A DNA stretch of 53,942 nucleotides from Bacteroidales bacterium (GTDB lineage: Bacteria > Bacteroidota > Bacteroidia > Bacteroidales > ML635J-15): assembly GCA_031284905.1 (NCBI GenBank), contig JAITXI010000171.1, positions 1 to 53,942 of the forward strand, given 5' to 3'. Within the stretch, counting starts at the first letter, position 1; each line of letters starts with the position of its first letter. Shown here in pieces: positions 37,945 through 48,555 of the stretch. The notes under the pieces were generated by a model. That model had not been told where the DNA came from, did not search any database, and was given only the letters and a program-made list of their open reading frames with translations. The position numbers and the translations under genes were made by a program.

Positions 37945-38880
37945 TTATATTATTGATTTAAAATAATCTATAGTTTTTAATAAACCTTCTTCGATAAGAA
38001 TTTTTGGTTGCCAATTATTAAGATTTTTTTGTGCAAGGGTAATGTCCGGTTTGCGTTGTGTAGGGTCATCTTGCGGAAGTTTAAAAAATTCTATTTTGCT
38101 TTTTGAATTTGTAAGTTTTATTATTGTTTGGGCTAATTCTAAAATTGTAAATTCGTTTGGATTTCCGATATTTATTGGTCCAATAATAGAATCATCTGAA
38201 TTCATCATTCTTATCATTCCTTCGATAAGATCATCAACATATTGAAAAGAACGAGTTTGTGTTCCGTCTCCATATATTGTAATAGGCTTGTTTTTAAGAG
38301 CTTGAATAATAAAATTTGAGACAACACGACCGTCATTTGGGTGCATTTTGGGTCCGTAAGTATTAAAAATACGAACAATTTTAATTCTTACATTATTTTG
38401 AAAATAATAATTCATGAAAAGCGATTCGGCGCAACGTTTTCCTTCGTCGTAACAAGAGCGAAGTCCTATAGGATTTACATTTCCCCAATAATCTTCTGTT
38501 TGCGGATGAATTATGGGATCACCATAAACCTCACTAGTAGAAGCCTGTAAAATCTTAGCTTTTATCCTTTTTGCTAATCCTAACATATTTATTGCACCCA
38601 TTACAGAAGTTTTTATCGTTTTTATGGAATTATATTGATAATGAATTGGAGATGCCGGACAAGCTAAATTATATATTTCATCAACTTCAATAAAAAAAGA
38701 AGTTGTAACATCATGCCTAATTAATTCAAAATAAGGATTTTTTAGTAAATGAATTACGTTTTGTTTGTTTCCGGTAAAAAAATTATCAAGACAAATAACT
38801 TCATTTCCATCATTTAATAATCTTTCACAAAGATGAGTTCCAATAAATCCGGCACCGCCTGTTATTAATATTTTTTTCAT
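37945..38880 (-). CDS. UDP-glucuronate decarboxylase (UDP-xylose synthase)
   Basis: [57 protein letters not shown]. Confidence 0.95.
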   Translation of the reverse strand: MKKILITGGAGFIGTHLCERLLNDGNEVICLDNFFTGNKQNVIHLLKNPYFELIRHDVTTSFFIEVDEIYNLACPASPIHYQYNSIKTIKTSVMGAINMLGLAKRIKAKILQASTSEVYGDPIIHPQTEDYWGNVNPIGLRSCYDEGKRCAESLFMNYYFQNNVRIKIVRIFNTYGPKMHPNDGRVVSNFIIQALKNKPITIYGDGTQTRSFQYVDDLIEGMIRMMNSDDSIIGPINIGNPNEFTILELAQTIIKLTNSKSKIEFFKLPQDDPTQRKPDITLAQKNLNNWQPKILIEEGLLKTIDYFKSII

Positions 38881-38888
38881 ATTGTTTT

Positions 38889-39650
38889 TTATTGTTTTTT
38901 TGCAATATATAAAATTTCATTTTTGTCTAATCTTATTCTTTCAATTTGATTTTGAGAAAAGATTTTTTCGACTTCAAATTTTTCAACAATAAAACCTACA
39001 CTTTCTAAACGATTTGGATAATCTAATCCGTGATATCTCACGTGGTCGTATTGACCGAAACGTTTTTCGCGTTCTTTTGGATCGGTAATATTTGGGTCTT
39101 CATCTGTGATTTGAGATTTAAAATTTATTGGAACTTGCATAATAGCCCAACCTCCGGATTTCAAAAGTCGAAAAATTTCTTTCATTGCAAAAATATCGTT
39201 TTCAACATGTTCAAGAACGTGATTTGCAAAAATAATATCATAATTATTGCTTTCTAATCCTGTTTTTAAAATATCTATATGTAAATCTGCTATTGGAGAA
39301 ACAATGTCAGCTGTCGTATAATTCAGATTTTTTAATTTTTTGAATCTTTTAATAAAAGGTTGTTCGGGAGCAAAATGTAAAAATTTATGATTTGCTTGAA
39401 AAAAATCTGTTTTCTTGTTTAGGTAAATCCATATCAAACGATGTCTTTCTAATGATAAACAGTTGGGACACAGACGATTGACTCCGGCATTGTTACCATA
39501 AGGTAAAAATTTTCTGTAATGTTTTTTACAAATTGGGCATTCTACTTTGTTTCCTAAATAAAACGGTTTTATAAAAAACACCAATTTTGATAATTTTATC
39601 ATTAAAGGACGAGGAATATTTCTTACTATAAATTTGATTATTTTTCTCAT
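38889..39650 (-). CDS. Class I SAM-dependent methyltransferase-like protein
   Basis: CPIC...CPNC.SLERHRL, LHFAPE, NHVLEHV, GQYDHVR. Confidence 0.85.
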   Translation of the reverse strand: MRKIIKFIVRNIPRPLMIKLSKLVFFIKPFYLGNKVECPICKKHYRKFLPYGNNAGVNRLCPNCLSLERHRLIWIYLNKKTDFFQANHKFLHFAPEQPFIKRFKKLKNLNYTTADIVSPIADLHIDILKTGLESNNYDIIFANHVLEHVENDIFAMKEIFRLLKSGGWAIMQVPINFKSQITDEDPNITDPKEREKRFGQYDHVRYHGLDYPNRLESVGFIVEKFEVEKIFSQNQIERIRLDKNEILYIAKKQ

Positions 39651-39655
39651 AATTA

Positions 39656-42600
39656 TTATATAACGATTTTTTCGATAGTTTCATTATTTACAGATAATAA
39701 AAAATTTTCAAAAACAAACCATAAATAAGTTTTTATATTTTTATAGTCCATTTGTTGTAATAAATTAGAATAATTTTTTACTTGATTAATATATTTTTTT
39801 TCTTCTTTTTCTCCAAATTTATAATCAATAATTATAGTTTCGTTTTCATTTAACATTAATCTATCCGGACGATAAATTTGAGAATTAGAATTTAATAATT
39901 CAATTTCATTATATACTTTATAACTATTGTTAAACCAATTTTTTATTAAATTTTTATTTAATAAATCAGAAATTTCATTTTTTAAATTTTCTGTTTCATT
40001 ATTAGAAATTATTCCGTTATGAAGTGCATAGTTTATTGCAAAATCAATATCATTTATTGATCGGATTTTTTCAAAAATTTTGTGATATTTATTTCCTTTT
40101 ATGATTGAAGTAGTTCTTGTATCATTAGAATCTTGTCGATAAACAAACGATGAAATTTTTAGTTGTTTTGGGAAAATATTTAAAGAATAAGAACTAACAA
40201 TATTATTATCTTGGATATTTTCAATAGTATTTTCATCAATATTTCCGGATACATAATTTATCCAATTGTTATCAGAATTTTCTATAAAATTAAGATTTTT
40301 AACAATTTCACCATTGAATGTTTCGGAGAAAATTTTTCCGGCAGAAATCAGACCTTTATCAAAAACGTTTATAAATAAACCTTTTTTGGCTCTTGTAAAA
40401 GCGACATACATTGCATTAAATTGCTCAATAATTTTTTTAAATTTTAGTTTATAAAATTCTTCTTCAAAATAAGTATCTTCCAAATTAGAAAAACTTACGG
40501 GCCAAATTGGCAAAGAATTAAATGGTTCAATATTTTCTGATTTTAAAAATTTTAATTCGGCATCATTTCTTTCAAAATTCCAATCACAAAAAGGAATAAA
40601 AACAAATTTTCCGGCTAAGCCTTTTGATTTATGGATAGTAACGATATTTATAGCATTCTGATTTTCAGGAGTTTTAATATTTTTGTTTGAGCCGGCTTCT
40701 TCCCAATACTCTAAGAAATCAGACAAAGTTGCTAAATTTTTTTGTTCAAATTCATGGATAATATCCCGAAAAGAAATTAAAAAAGAAATGTTGTTTTGAT
40801 TTGTATGAAGGCTGAAAAATTTAATTATATTTTCAATATAATCGTGAAGAACAAATTGATTTGAAAAATCGTTTATTTCAAAAGATTTTAATTTGTTTTC
40901 ATATTCAGATTTATTAAAAACGATATTTTCGTCTTTTGTAAAATCTTTGATATAATTTATATAAGCCGTTTCGATAAAAGCCAAATTATTTTTATTGTCG
41001 TTTAGATATTTTAAGCAAGAAATAATTAGTTGAATAGCTTTGTTTGAAGAAATAAAAAGAGAAGTTGAAGAAATAACATCATAAGAAATACCGGATTTTG
41101 CATTTTTTGATTGTGCGTATCGTAAAAAATTTTCTGCAATTAAAGCACCTTCGTTATTAGTTCGCACTAAAATCATCATATCGTTTGGATAATAGCCTTT
41201 TATTTGTAAATCTTCAATTTGTTTAATTAAAAGTGCAATGCTTTTTTCTTCAAATTTTTTTCTTAAAATTTTCTCGTTTTCTTCAGGTTTAATTATCGAA
41301 ATATTTACAATTGAATTTGTTTTTTGGTCAAAACTGTTTTTGTTAATTTGTTGAATTACATCAGAATAAATGTAGTCAATTTTTTTTAAAACATCTTCAG
41401 ATAATTTGTCTTTAAAATTATTTTGAAAGACGTTTTTTGCTTTTGAAAAAAAAGAATTGTTAAAATTCACAATAGTTTCGCCACTTCTAAAATTATAAGG
41501 TAAGGATATTTTTTCAAAAAAATATTCAAAATCTTTTTCAATAGAATTTGCCAAAATATCCCAATCGCCGCCTCTCCATTCGTAAACCGCTTGTTTCATA
41601 TCACCAACTAAAATAGCTTTTTCATTATTTGCCAAGCTTTCTTCTAAAAGTGGTTTCAAAGAATCGTATTGCATTCTACTGGTGTCTTGAAATTCGTCAA
41701 TTAAATAATTTTCAAAAAAACTTCCTGTTTTTTCATAAATAAAAGACGAACTATTTTGACTAGCAATTTCCGATAAAAAAGCAGGAACATCTGAAATCAA
41801 AAATTTGCCTTTTTCTGATAGAAAATTTTTAATAATTTCTAAACTCTGATTAATCAAAGTGGCATAAGGCAATTGTTTTAAAATTATTTTTGCTGTTTTG
41901 CAGGCTTTATATTTTTTTTCAAAAGAAATTTTAAATTCGTGTGCTAAATCAAGAATTTCATAAGTCGCAAAAATTACTTCTGATTTTGCAGATTTGTTAT
42001 ACCATTGTGCTAAAGATTTTTCCGAATTATCACAATACTTAAAATGATCATTAATACTAAATTTATTATCTTGACTTCTGATTTCTGTATCTAAAAATTT
42101 TTGCAAACTTCGTCCGTTATATGAAAAATTGTCTCTGCTAACATTATGTTTTTGACAGATTGATTTAATATTTTCGGAAAAACTATCGCAAATAATTTTA
42201 AGTGAATTTAAAATATTATTAAGATTTGATTTTAAATTTTTGATATTATTCGTATCTGAAAAAAAATCTTTGTAAAATTTTTCGTAAGTTCGATAATCGG
42301 ATTTAACAATAAATTTCAAAAATTCTCTAAGTTTATTTTTAAAATTCCATTTAGAACTTTCGTCTATATTTTGTTCGATGAGATTTAGAAGTCCTTGTTT
42401 AAGAATTTGGTCTGATTCGGCATTTTCAATAATAATATCAATGGCTTTGTCAATAATAATTTCTGTGTCAAGTTCTACTTCATAGTTGTAATTTAATCCA
42501 ATTTCTCGTGTGAAACTGCGGATTATTTTTTGGAAAAAACTGTCTATTGTAGATATGTTGAAAAAAGAATAGTTGTGAATGATTTCGGTTAAAAGTTTTT

Positions 42601-42862
42601 CTGCTTGTTTTTGAATTTCAACGATTGTTCTATTTTGTTTGATTGCTATTTTTTCAGCTTCAGCTTCTTGATTTTTTATTTTATTTAGTTTTAAAATAAT
42701 GCGTTCTTTCATTTCTTGAGTAGCTTTGTTTGTGAAAGTTACAGCAAGAATGTTTTTATAAGCATTATCTTTGGAAAACAATAATTCCAAATATTCTTGA
42801 GAAATTTGTTCTGTTTTTCCGGAACCGGCAGAAGCAGAATATACAGTAAGATTTTTATTCAT
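39656..42862 (-). CDS. addA: AddA/RecB-like UvrD helicase-nuclease
   Basis: ASAGSGKT, TFTNKAT, DEFQDTS, VGDMKQAVY.WRGG, TIHKSKGL, YVAFTRA, C-terminal RPDRL...IIDYKFG. Confidence 0.88.
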   Translation of the reverse strand: MNKNLTVYSASAGSGKTEQISQEYLELLFSKDNAYKNILAVTFTNKATQEMKERIILKLNKIKNQEAEAEKIAIKQNRTIVEIQKQAEKLLTEIIHNYSFFNISTIDSFFQKIIRSFTREIGLNYNYEVELDTEIIIDKAIDIIIENAESDQILKQGLLNLIEQNIDESSKWNFKNKLREFLKFIVKSDYRTYEKFYKDFFSDTNNIKNLKSNLNNILNSLKIICDSFSENIKSICQKHNVSRDNFSYNGRSLQKFLDTEIRSQDNKFSINDHFKYCDNSEKSLAQWYNKSAKSEVIFATYEILDLAHEFKISFEKKYKACKTAKIILKQLPYATLINQSLEIIKNFLSEKGKFLISDVPAFLSEIASQNSSSFIYEKTGSFFENYLIDEFQDTSRMQYDSLKPLLEESLANNEKAILVGDMKQAVYEWRGGDWDILANSIEKDFEYFFEKISLPYNFRSGETIVNFNNSFFSKAKNVFQNNFKDKLSEDVLKKIDYIYSDVIQQINKNSFDQKTNSIVNISIIKPEENEKILRKKFEEKSIALLIKQIEDLQIKGYYPNDMMILVRTNNEGALIAENFLRYAQSKNAKSGISYDVISSTSLFISSNKAIQLIISCLKYLNDNKNNLAFIETAYINYIKDFTKDENIVFNKSEYENKLKSFEINDFSNQFVLHDYIENIIKFFSLHTNQNNISFLISFRDIIHEFEQKNLATLSDFLEYWEEAGSNKNIKTPENQNAINIVTIHKSKGLAGKFVFIPFCDWNFERNDAELKFLKSENIEPFNSLPIWPVSFSNLEDTYFEEEFYKLKFKKIIEQFNAMYVAFTRAKKGLFINVFDKGLISAGKIFSETFNGEIVKNLNFIENSDNNWINYVSGNIDENTIENIQDNNIVSSYSLNIFPKQLKISSFVYRQDSNDTRTTSIIKGNKYHKIFEKIRSINDIDFAINYALHNGIISNNETENLKNEISDLLNKNLIKNWFNNSYKVYNEIELLNSNSQIYRPDRLMLNENETIIIDYKFGEKEEKKYINQVKNYSNLLQQMDYKNIKTYLWFVFENFLLSVNNETIEKIVI

Positions 42863-43163
42863 TAAAATCTGCTAAGATGTCTGTATCGGTACATTCTTGA
42901 ACTTTAACATCTTGATATTCTTTCACATTCAGATTACTTGTGATTTTTAGCAAATAAGTGCCAACCGGTTTTGTAAAAATTATTTTTTTGTCAGGATTAA
43001 CTGTACCTAATTTTGCTCCATCAACATAAACAATAATATCGTTATTGTTCAGATTTTTTATTGTTATGTTACCTGTATGATTTATTTCGCAAGTATCTTT
43101 GGTTTTGCAAGAAATAATTAATATTCCGAGAATAATGAAGAAAATTATTTTTTTTATTTTCAT
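42855..43163 (-). CDS. Small lipoprotein, PEGA-like beta domain
   Basis: MKIKKIIFFIILGILIISC lipobox; VYVDG...G...PVGTY. Confidence 0.6.
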   Translation of the reverse strand: MKIKKIIFFIILGILIISCKTKDTCEINHTGNITIKNLNNNDIIVYVDGAKLGTVNPDKKIIFTKPVGTYLLKITSNLNVKEYQDVKVQECTDTDILADFNE

Positions 43164-43194
43164 ATACTGTTGATGATAAGTTTGTAAAATATTG

Positions 43195-43752
43195 TTAAAA
43201 TTCTTTGTTTGTAAAAAACATTTCAATGCTTTTTTGAGATTTTATTTCGGTTTCCATCTTAAAAATATCAAGGGGAAGATTACCTGTTGTTTTTGCGTAA
43301 CCCAAAGCAATTACAGATATGGGTTCCAAATATTCGGGAACGTTAAAATTGTTAATAATTTTATCTTTATAAAAACCATTCATTTGATGAGATGAAATTT
43401 CAAAAACCTGAGCAGCGATAATTAAATTTTCGACAGCTAAAGCTGTATTATACCAAGCATAACGAGGGTCATTATCTGTAAGTTTTTTGAAATTAGCAAA
43501 GGCAATAATTAGAGTTTGAGATGCTTTTGCCCAAGATTGATTAAATTCAGATAAATTGCAGATAATTTTATCGAATAATTCGGGATTTTCATGTTTGTTA
43601 GCATAAATAAAATTCCATGATTGACAATTAAAAGAAGAAGGCGCGGTAATTGTAGCTTCAAAAATTTTTTTTAATATTTCGTCAGAAATTGCTTCGTCAG
43701 AAAAATCACGAACACTTTTTCGGCTTTTAAGTATTTCTAAAATTTTTTCCAT
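43195..43752 (-). CDS. Nitroreductase family protein
   Basis: RKSVRDFS, APSSFNCQSWNF, HQMNGF, VIALGY. Confidence 0.92.
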   Translation of the reverse strand: MEKILEILKSRKSVRDFSDEAISDEILKKIFEATITAPSSFNCQSWNFIYANKHENPELFDKIICNLSEFNQSWAKASQTLIIAFANFKKLTDNDPRYAWYNTALAVENLIIAAQVFEISSHQMNGFYKDKIINNFNVPEYLEPISVIALGYAKTTGNLPLDIFKMETEIKSQKSIEMFFTNKEF

Positions 43753-44188
43753 CTTTCTTGTTTAATTTACAAAGTTAGATGAAAATTTCGAGAATTCCAA
43801 ACAAGTAAAATAAAAATCAAGACCATCTTTGTAGTTCTTCCCATAATTGTTATATTTGTATTTTTTATATCCCTAACTTTATCCACATTTTTATACATTA
43901 CATCTTTTCTGTCCTAAGAAAGGGGTACAGAAAAATTTTATGATATTGCAAAAAAATATTTTTTCAATAAAAAAAATTTCACATTAAGTAATGATTGAGG
44001 CTGTTTCCAACAAATGCAGTATCTTTTTGCATTTTATTATGTTTTTTAAATATTTACTATTGTTATTCAGCAAGTTATATCTTTTAATTTTATACTTACA
44101 ATTAGAAAACTTTTTTACATTCCCCACTTCGGGGTCGTAATTTGGAGAGAAGATTCTTTTTTATAAACATTTAACTACTTCTTTCACT

Positions 44189-44365
44189 CAATTGAGAATT
44201 GAAAGCATTGAGATCTGAGACCCTTTTGCTTGTTCCCCGTTCGCCCGTTCCTATTAGCGATTTTTAGATTTATATTATTTGTTAATTTAATAGCAGTTAG
44301 ATATAATTAGATTCTCGAACTCAGGTTAATAATTAGACGATAAATATTAATCATTAATGGTTAAT
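44189..44365. repeat. Mosaic of degenerate heptamer arrays and a MITE-like terminus
   Basis: AATTGAG AATTGAA; minus-strand GAACGGGCGAACGGGGAAC; TCGAACTCAGG at 44315-44325; TAA-periodic run overlapping the GH3 3' end. Confidence 0.45.
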
Positions 44366-45864
44366 ATTTCTTTTAAAAATTTTCTGTCGTTTGATAATCG
44401 TGGAACTTTATTCTGACCGCCTAATTTATTTTTATTTTCAAGAACTTTCTCAAATATTCCTTCCTTTACAGTGGTATAAGACGGAAATGCTAAATTTATT
44501 CCTTTATATCTTTTTGCTTCATAGTCTGAATTTATTTCTTGAAGTTTTTTATCTAAATAATTCATGAATAAATTCATATCATCAGGTTTTTGAATAAACT
44601 CAAATATCCATTCATGTCTTCCTTGCGATTCTTTGTTTTCAAACATTATTGGAGCTGCCGTGTATTCTTTTATTAAAGAATTTGTTTGCTGACAAGCATA
44701 AAAAACAGCAGAATCAGCATTATGAACCATTAATTCTTCACCAAAAAGATTGATAAAATGTTTGGTTCTTCCTGTAAGAATAAATCTATACGGATTTTTT
44801 GAAGTAAACTTAATCGTATCTCCGATTATATATCGCCAAAGTCCTCCATTTGTAGTGATTACCATTACATAATTTTTGTCTAAAGATATTTCCGAAAGTG
44901 GAATTGCTTTTAAATTTCCTGAATTATAATCTGAAAGGTTAATAAATTCATAAAAAATTTCGTAATCAAGCATTAATAATAAATCTTTTTTATTTCTATA
45001 AAATTCGTCTTGAAGTCCAAAAAATCCTTCCGAGGCGTTATATGTTTCAAAATAATTCATTGAAATAGAAGGAATATATTTTTTATAAATTTCTTGATAT
45101 GGTTCAAAATTTACACCCCCATGAACAAATAATTCTAGATTTTTCCAAATTTCTAAGATATTTTTTTTACCGGTAAAATCCAATAGTTTTCTGAATAAAA
45201 CCATTAGCCATGAAGGAACTCCAACAATTTGAACAATATTTTTATTGTATGTTGTTTGAATTATTTCATTGAGTTTTCTATCCCATTCCGGAATTAAAGA
45301 AATTCCTTTCGACAAAGCCATATTATTTCCAGACCACCACGGTAAATTTTTAAGAATTATTGCTGATAAATCTCCTGAATATGAATTATTATCTTTTGTA
45401 TAGCTCGTACTTCCTCCAATTGATAAAGTTTTGCCATTAAAAATTTTTGTATCAGGATAAAAATTATTGTAAATGAAATAAATATCTTTTCCGCTTTGGA
45501 AGTGGCATTTTTGTAGTGATAATTTTGTAATAGGAATATATTTACTTCGTGTTGATGTTGTTCCGCTTGATTTTGCAAACCAATTTACAGGTTCAGAAAT
45601 TAATATATTTTGTTCTCCGTTTAATATTCTGTTAATATATGGTAATAAATCTTCGTATTCGTTTATAGGAATATTTTCTGCAAATTTATTTATTGATTTT
45701 ATTGATTGAATATCATATTTTCTACCAAATTCTGTTTGATACGAATTTTTTATTAATTTCTTAAACATATTTTCTTGTACTTCGATAGGATTTTTTTTGA
45801 AAAAATCTATTTCTTTTAATCTTTTTGTACCGTATTGGTTTATTATTGTATTTAATAATGCCAT
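44347..45864 (-). CDS. GH3 auxin-responsive family (acyl-acid amido synthetase-like) protein
   Basis: AKSSGTT..RSKYIP, GVPSW, YNASEGF, GLWRYIIGD, GRTKHFIN.FGEE, GGQNKVPRL. Confidence 0.92.
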   Translation of the reverse strand: MALLNTIINQYGTKRLKEIDFFKKNPIEVQENMFKKLIKNSYQTEFGRKYDIQSIKSINKFAENIPINEYEDLLPYINRILNGEQNILISEPVNWFAKSSGTTSTRSKYIPITKLSLQKCHFQSGKDIYFIYNNFYPDTKIFNGKTLSIGGSTSYTKDNNSYSGDLSAIILKNLPWWSGNNMALSKGISLIPEWDRKLNEIIQTTYNKNIVQIVGVPSWLMVLFRKLLDFTGKKNILEIWKNLELFVHGGVNFEPYQEIYKKYIPSISMNYFETYNASEGFFGLQDEFYRNKKDLLLMLDYEIFYEFINLSDYNSGNLKAIPLSEISLDKNYVMVITTNGGLWRYIIGDTIKFTSKNPYRFILTGRTKHFINLFGEELMVHNADSAVFYACQQTNSLIKEYTAAPIMFENKESQGRHEWIFEFIQKPDDMNLFMNYLDKKLQEINSDYEAKRYKGINLAFPSYTTVKEGIFEKVLENKNKLGGQNKVPRLSNDRKFLKEILTIND

Positions 45865-45873
45865 AGATATGTA

Positions 45874-46818
45874 TTAGTTTTGGAAATTATTAAAAAAAAT
45901 CTTTGCGTCTTCTTTATCTTTTAATAGTTGCAAAATTAATTCTTCTTTTAAATTAAATTTTATTTCGTTCCTAATTTTATTAAGTAACTTAATAGTTATC
46001 TTTTTATTGTAAATATTTTGGTCAAAATCTAAAATATGATTTTCAATAGTGATTTTTTCTCCGTTGAAAGTTGGTCGATATCCAATGTTTGTGATTGAAG
46101 GAAAATTTTTTGTTTGATTTTCAATTCTCGTCTCTGTTATATAAACTCCTGTTCCGGGAATAATTTTATTTTTTTCAATATTTGCGATATTTGCGGTCGG
46201 AAAACCAATTGTGTGTCCATTTCCAAATCCTTTGCTAACAATTCCTGATAAATTAAATTTATAACCTAAAAAATCATTTGCTTTTGCAATATTCCCTTGT
46301 TCGATTAATTTTCTAATTTCAGATGAACTTATTTTGTCACCGTTTTCCGAAATGTATTTGTCTATTTTTATGATAGGAATTAAATTGGTGTTTTCAATTT
46401 GTGAATCGTCTTTTTTCCCAAATGAATTGTTATATCCAAGAATTAATTTTTTTATTTTGAATTTTTCAATTAGAAATTCTTTTATAAAATTTTTACTTGT
46501 TTTATTGGCTAATTCAGCATTAAAATTTAGAATTATAAGACTTTCCACTTTTAATGTTGATAAAAGTGTTAGTTTTTCTTCTAAAGTTGTTAATAACTGT
46601 ATGTTTTTATGAAAAAAAATAGCCGGATGTTCCCACATTGTAATGATTAATTCTTTTGTATTTTCTTGTTTTGCATTAGTTTTTAATTTTTCGATTAAAT
46701 ATTTATGACCACAATGTATTCCATCAAAAAAACCAACCGTAGCAACACAATTAGCAGGAACTTGTTTTAAATTTTGTGTTTTTTCGAAAATGTCAGGTAT
46801 GTCGGAATAAATTCTCAA
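45874..46818 (-). CDS. ribF: Bifunctional riboflavin kinase / FAD synthetase
   Basis: GFFDGIHCGH, ISSSEIR, G.TIGFPTAN, NIGYRPTF, IRNEIKF; TTG start. Confidence 0.94.
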   Translation of the reverse strand: MRIYSDIPDIFEKTQNLKQVPANCVATVGFFDGIHCGHKYLIEKLKTNAKQENTKELIITMWEHPAIFFHKNIQLLTTLEEKLTLLSTLKVESLIILNFNAELANKTSKNFIKEFLIEKFKIKKLILGYNNSFGKKDDSQIENTNLIPIIKIDKYISENGDKISSSEIRKLIEQGNIAKANDFLGYKFNLSGIVSKGFGNGHTIGFPTANIANIEKNKIIPGTGVYITETRIENQTKNFPSITNIGYRPTFNGEKITIENHILDFDQNIYNKKITIKLLNKIRNEIKFNLKEELILQLLKDKEDAKIFFNNFQN

Positions 46819-46920
46819 AATTTTTTTTTACAAAATTATCATTTTACTAATAATTTTTATTATATTTTTGTAAATAATTTTTGGGTTTTATTTTTTTTAT
46901 GCCAAAACGATTTATAATAT

Positions 46921-46947
46921 GCAGAGTGCTCGACCGTGCATCTTTAT
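46921..46947. repeat. Degenerate GTAG-type REP-like palindrome
   Basis: GCAGAGTGCTCGACCGTGCATCTTTA resembles GTAGAGACGCACGGCCGTGCGTCTCTA-type REPs. Confidence 0.35.
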
Positions 46948-46956
46948 GTTTTTTTT

Positions 46957-47050
46957 ATTCGCTATTTACTTTTTGCCATTTGTCGTTTATTTGTTTAGTC
47001 CGTTTGCCCATTTACCGTTCCATGCTTACCCTTTCATCTGTTTGTCCTTT
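46957..47050. repeat. Degenerate 7-8-nt repeat array overlapping the mtaB 3' end
   Basis: Minus strand GGTAAGC ATGGAAC GGTAAAT GGGCAAAC ... GACAAAT GGCAAAA AGTAAAT AGCGAAT. Confidence 0.5.
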
Positions 47051-48337
47051 CAAAACTTGTTTATTTTCTGAGAACTCTATTAGTTTAACTTTAATAATCT
47101 TATTGACATTTTTTTCATCAAAATCTATTTCTGTTTTTATATAATTGTCGGTAAAACCAAACATTTTGTTCGTTTTTTTTGTAGATTCAAATAGGACATC
47201 AGTTGTTTTTCCAATATTGTTATTTAAAAATTCAAAATGTTTTTTTTGTGAAATTTCATTTATCAAATCGGCTCGTTCTTGTTTTTCTTGAGGAGAAATT
47301 TTAGGGGAAAAATTTAAGGCTTTAGTTCCGGGTCTTTCAGAATATTGAAATTGATGAATAAAAGAAATATTCAAAGATTTAACGAAATCAAGTGTTTTTT
47401 GAAAATAATTATCGGATTCTCCGTTTACTCCTACAATTAAATCAATCCCGATAAAAGCATTCGGAATAAAAGATTTTATTTTTTCAATTTTGTTTTTAAA
47501 AAAATCCGTATCATAACGCCGATTCATTAAACGTAACATTTCATCACAACCCGATTGTAACGGAATATGGAAATGAGGCATAATTTTTTGATTATCAGCA
47601 GTTAGCTTGATAATTTCATCGCTTAATAAATTTGGTTCTATACTACTAATTCTAAATCTTTCAATCCTGTCAATTTTTATAATTTCTTTTAATAATTCAA
47701 AAAGATTTTCATCATTGTTTTTCCCAAATTCGCCAATATTTATTCCTGTTAAAACAATTTCTTTTATTCCAAAATCTGCGATATGTTGTGCTTGAGGAAT
47801 TATTTCTTCAATAGTTGCACTTCTGTTTTTCCCTCTGGCAAACGGAATAGCACAATAAGAGCAAAAATAATCGCAACCATCTTGAATTTTCAGAAAAGAA
47901 CGAGTTCTTCCACCTTGAGAAAAAGCAGGAACAAATCGTTTCGTTTCATTACGATTTGTTGAAATTGTAAATGGATTTGTTTTTTTTTCAATATTATCAA
48001 TTATTTCGTAAATTTTATCTTTATCGTTTGCTCCAATGATGTAATCAATTCCTAATTTTAATAAATCATTTTGATTAAATTGAGCATAACAACCGGTAAA
48101 AATAATAACAGCATCTGCATTTTTTGATTTTGCTCTTGAAATAGCATTTCTGCTTTTTTTTTCTGCATTTCCCGTAACCGAACAAGAGTTTATTACATAC
48201 ACATCTGCAATTTCTTTGAAATCTACTAATGAATAATTTTTTTCAATAAAATAGCGTAAAATAGTTGATGATTCTGCAAAATTTAATTTGCAACCAAGTG
48301 TAAAAAATGCTACTTTTTTAATTGAAAAACACATCAT
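47012..48337 (-). CDS. mtaB: tRNA t6A37 methylthiotransferase MtaB
   Basis: TLGCKLNFAES, INSCSVT, TGCYAQ, RTRSFLKIQDGCDYFCSYC, RISSIEPN, TRAM domain. Confidence 0.95.
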   Translation of the reverse strand: MMCFSIKKVAFFTLGCKLNFAESSTILRYFIEKNYSLVDFKEIADVYVINSCSVTGNAEKKSRNAISRAKSKNADAVIIFTGCYAQFNQNDLLKLGIDYIIGANDKDKIYEIIDNIEKKTNPFTISTNRNETKRFVPAFSQGGRTRSFLKIQDGCDYFCSYCAIPFARGKNRSATIEEIIPQAQHIADFGIKEIVLTGINIGEFGKNNDENLFELLKEIIKIDRIERFRISSIEPNLLSDEIIKLTADNQKIMPHFHIPLQSGCDEMLRLMNRRYDTDFFKNKIEKIKSFIPNAFIGIDLIVGVNGESDNYFQKTLDFVKSLNISFIHQFQYSERPGTKALNFSPKISPQEKQERADLINEISQKKHFEFLNNNIGKTTDVLFESTKKTNKMFGFTDNYIKTEIDFDEKNVNKIIKVKLIEFSENKQVLKGQTDERVSMER

Positions 48338-48338
48338 A

Positions 48339-48346
48339 CAAAGTTA
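48339..48346 (-). promoter_or_regulatory. -7 element for mtaB
   Basis: TAACTTTG on the minus strand, 1 nt from the first ATG. Confidence 0.5.
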
Positions 48347-48518
48347 ATAAATTTTGTTAATAAATTTTGTTATTTTTTTTCAATGCCTTAATATTACTAA
48401 ACTTTGGACGTTAATAATGATGTTTATAAGATTAGACAAAAACATGATAATTGTTATAAATCAGATAATTAAATGTAGTCAATATATAAAGTTAATTTAT
48501 TTTTATTAATTATTATTT

Positions 48519-48526
48519 TAACTTTG
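48519..48526 (+). promoter_or_regulatory. -7 element for nrdJ
   Basis: TAACTTTG about 30 nt upstream of the ATG. Confidence 0.55.
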
Positions 48527-48555
48527 TAAAAATAAAATTTCAGAAAAATAACATT

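Noticed and set aside
45874-47011. FMN riboswitch upstream of ribF, and ORF 46881-47144
   Set aside because: No RFN consensus is visible; the ORF spans repeat DNA antisense to the mtaB end.
48340-48555. Cobalamin riboswitch or NrdR boxes upstream of nrdJ
   Set aside because: The region is extremely AT-rich with no recognisable B12-element core or paired NrdR palindromes.
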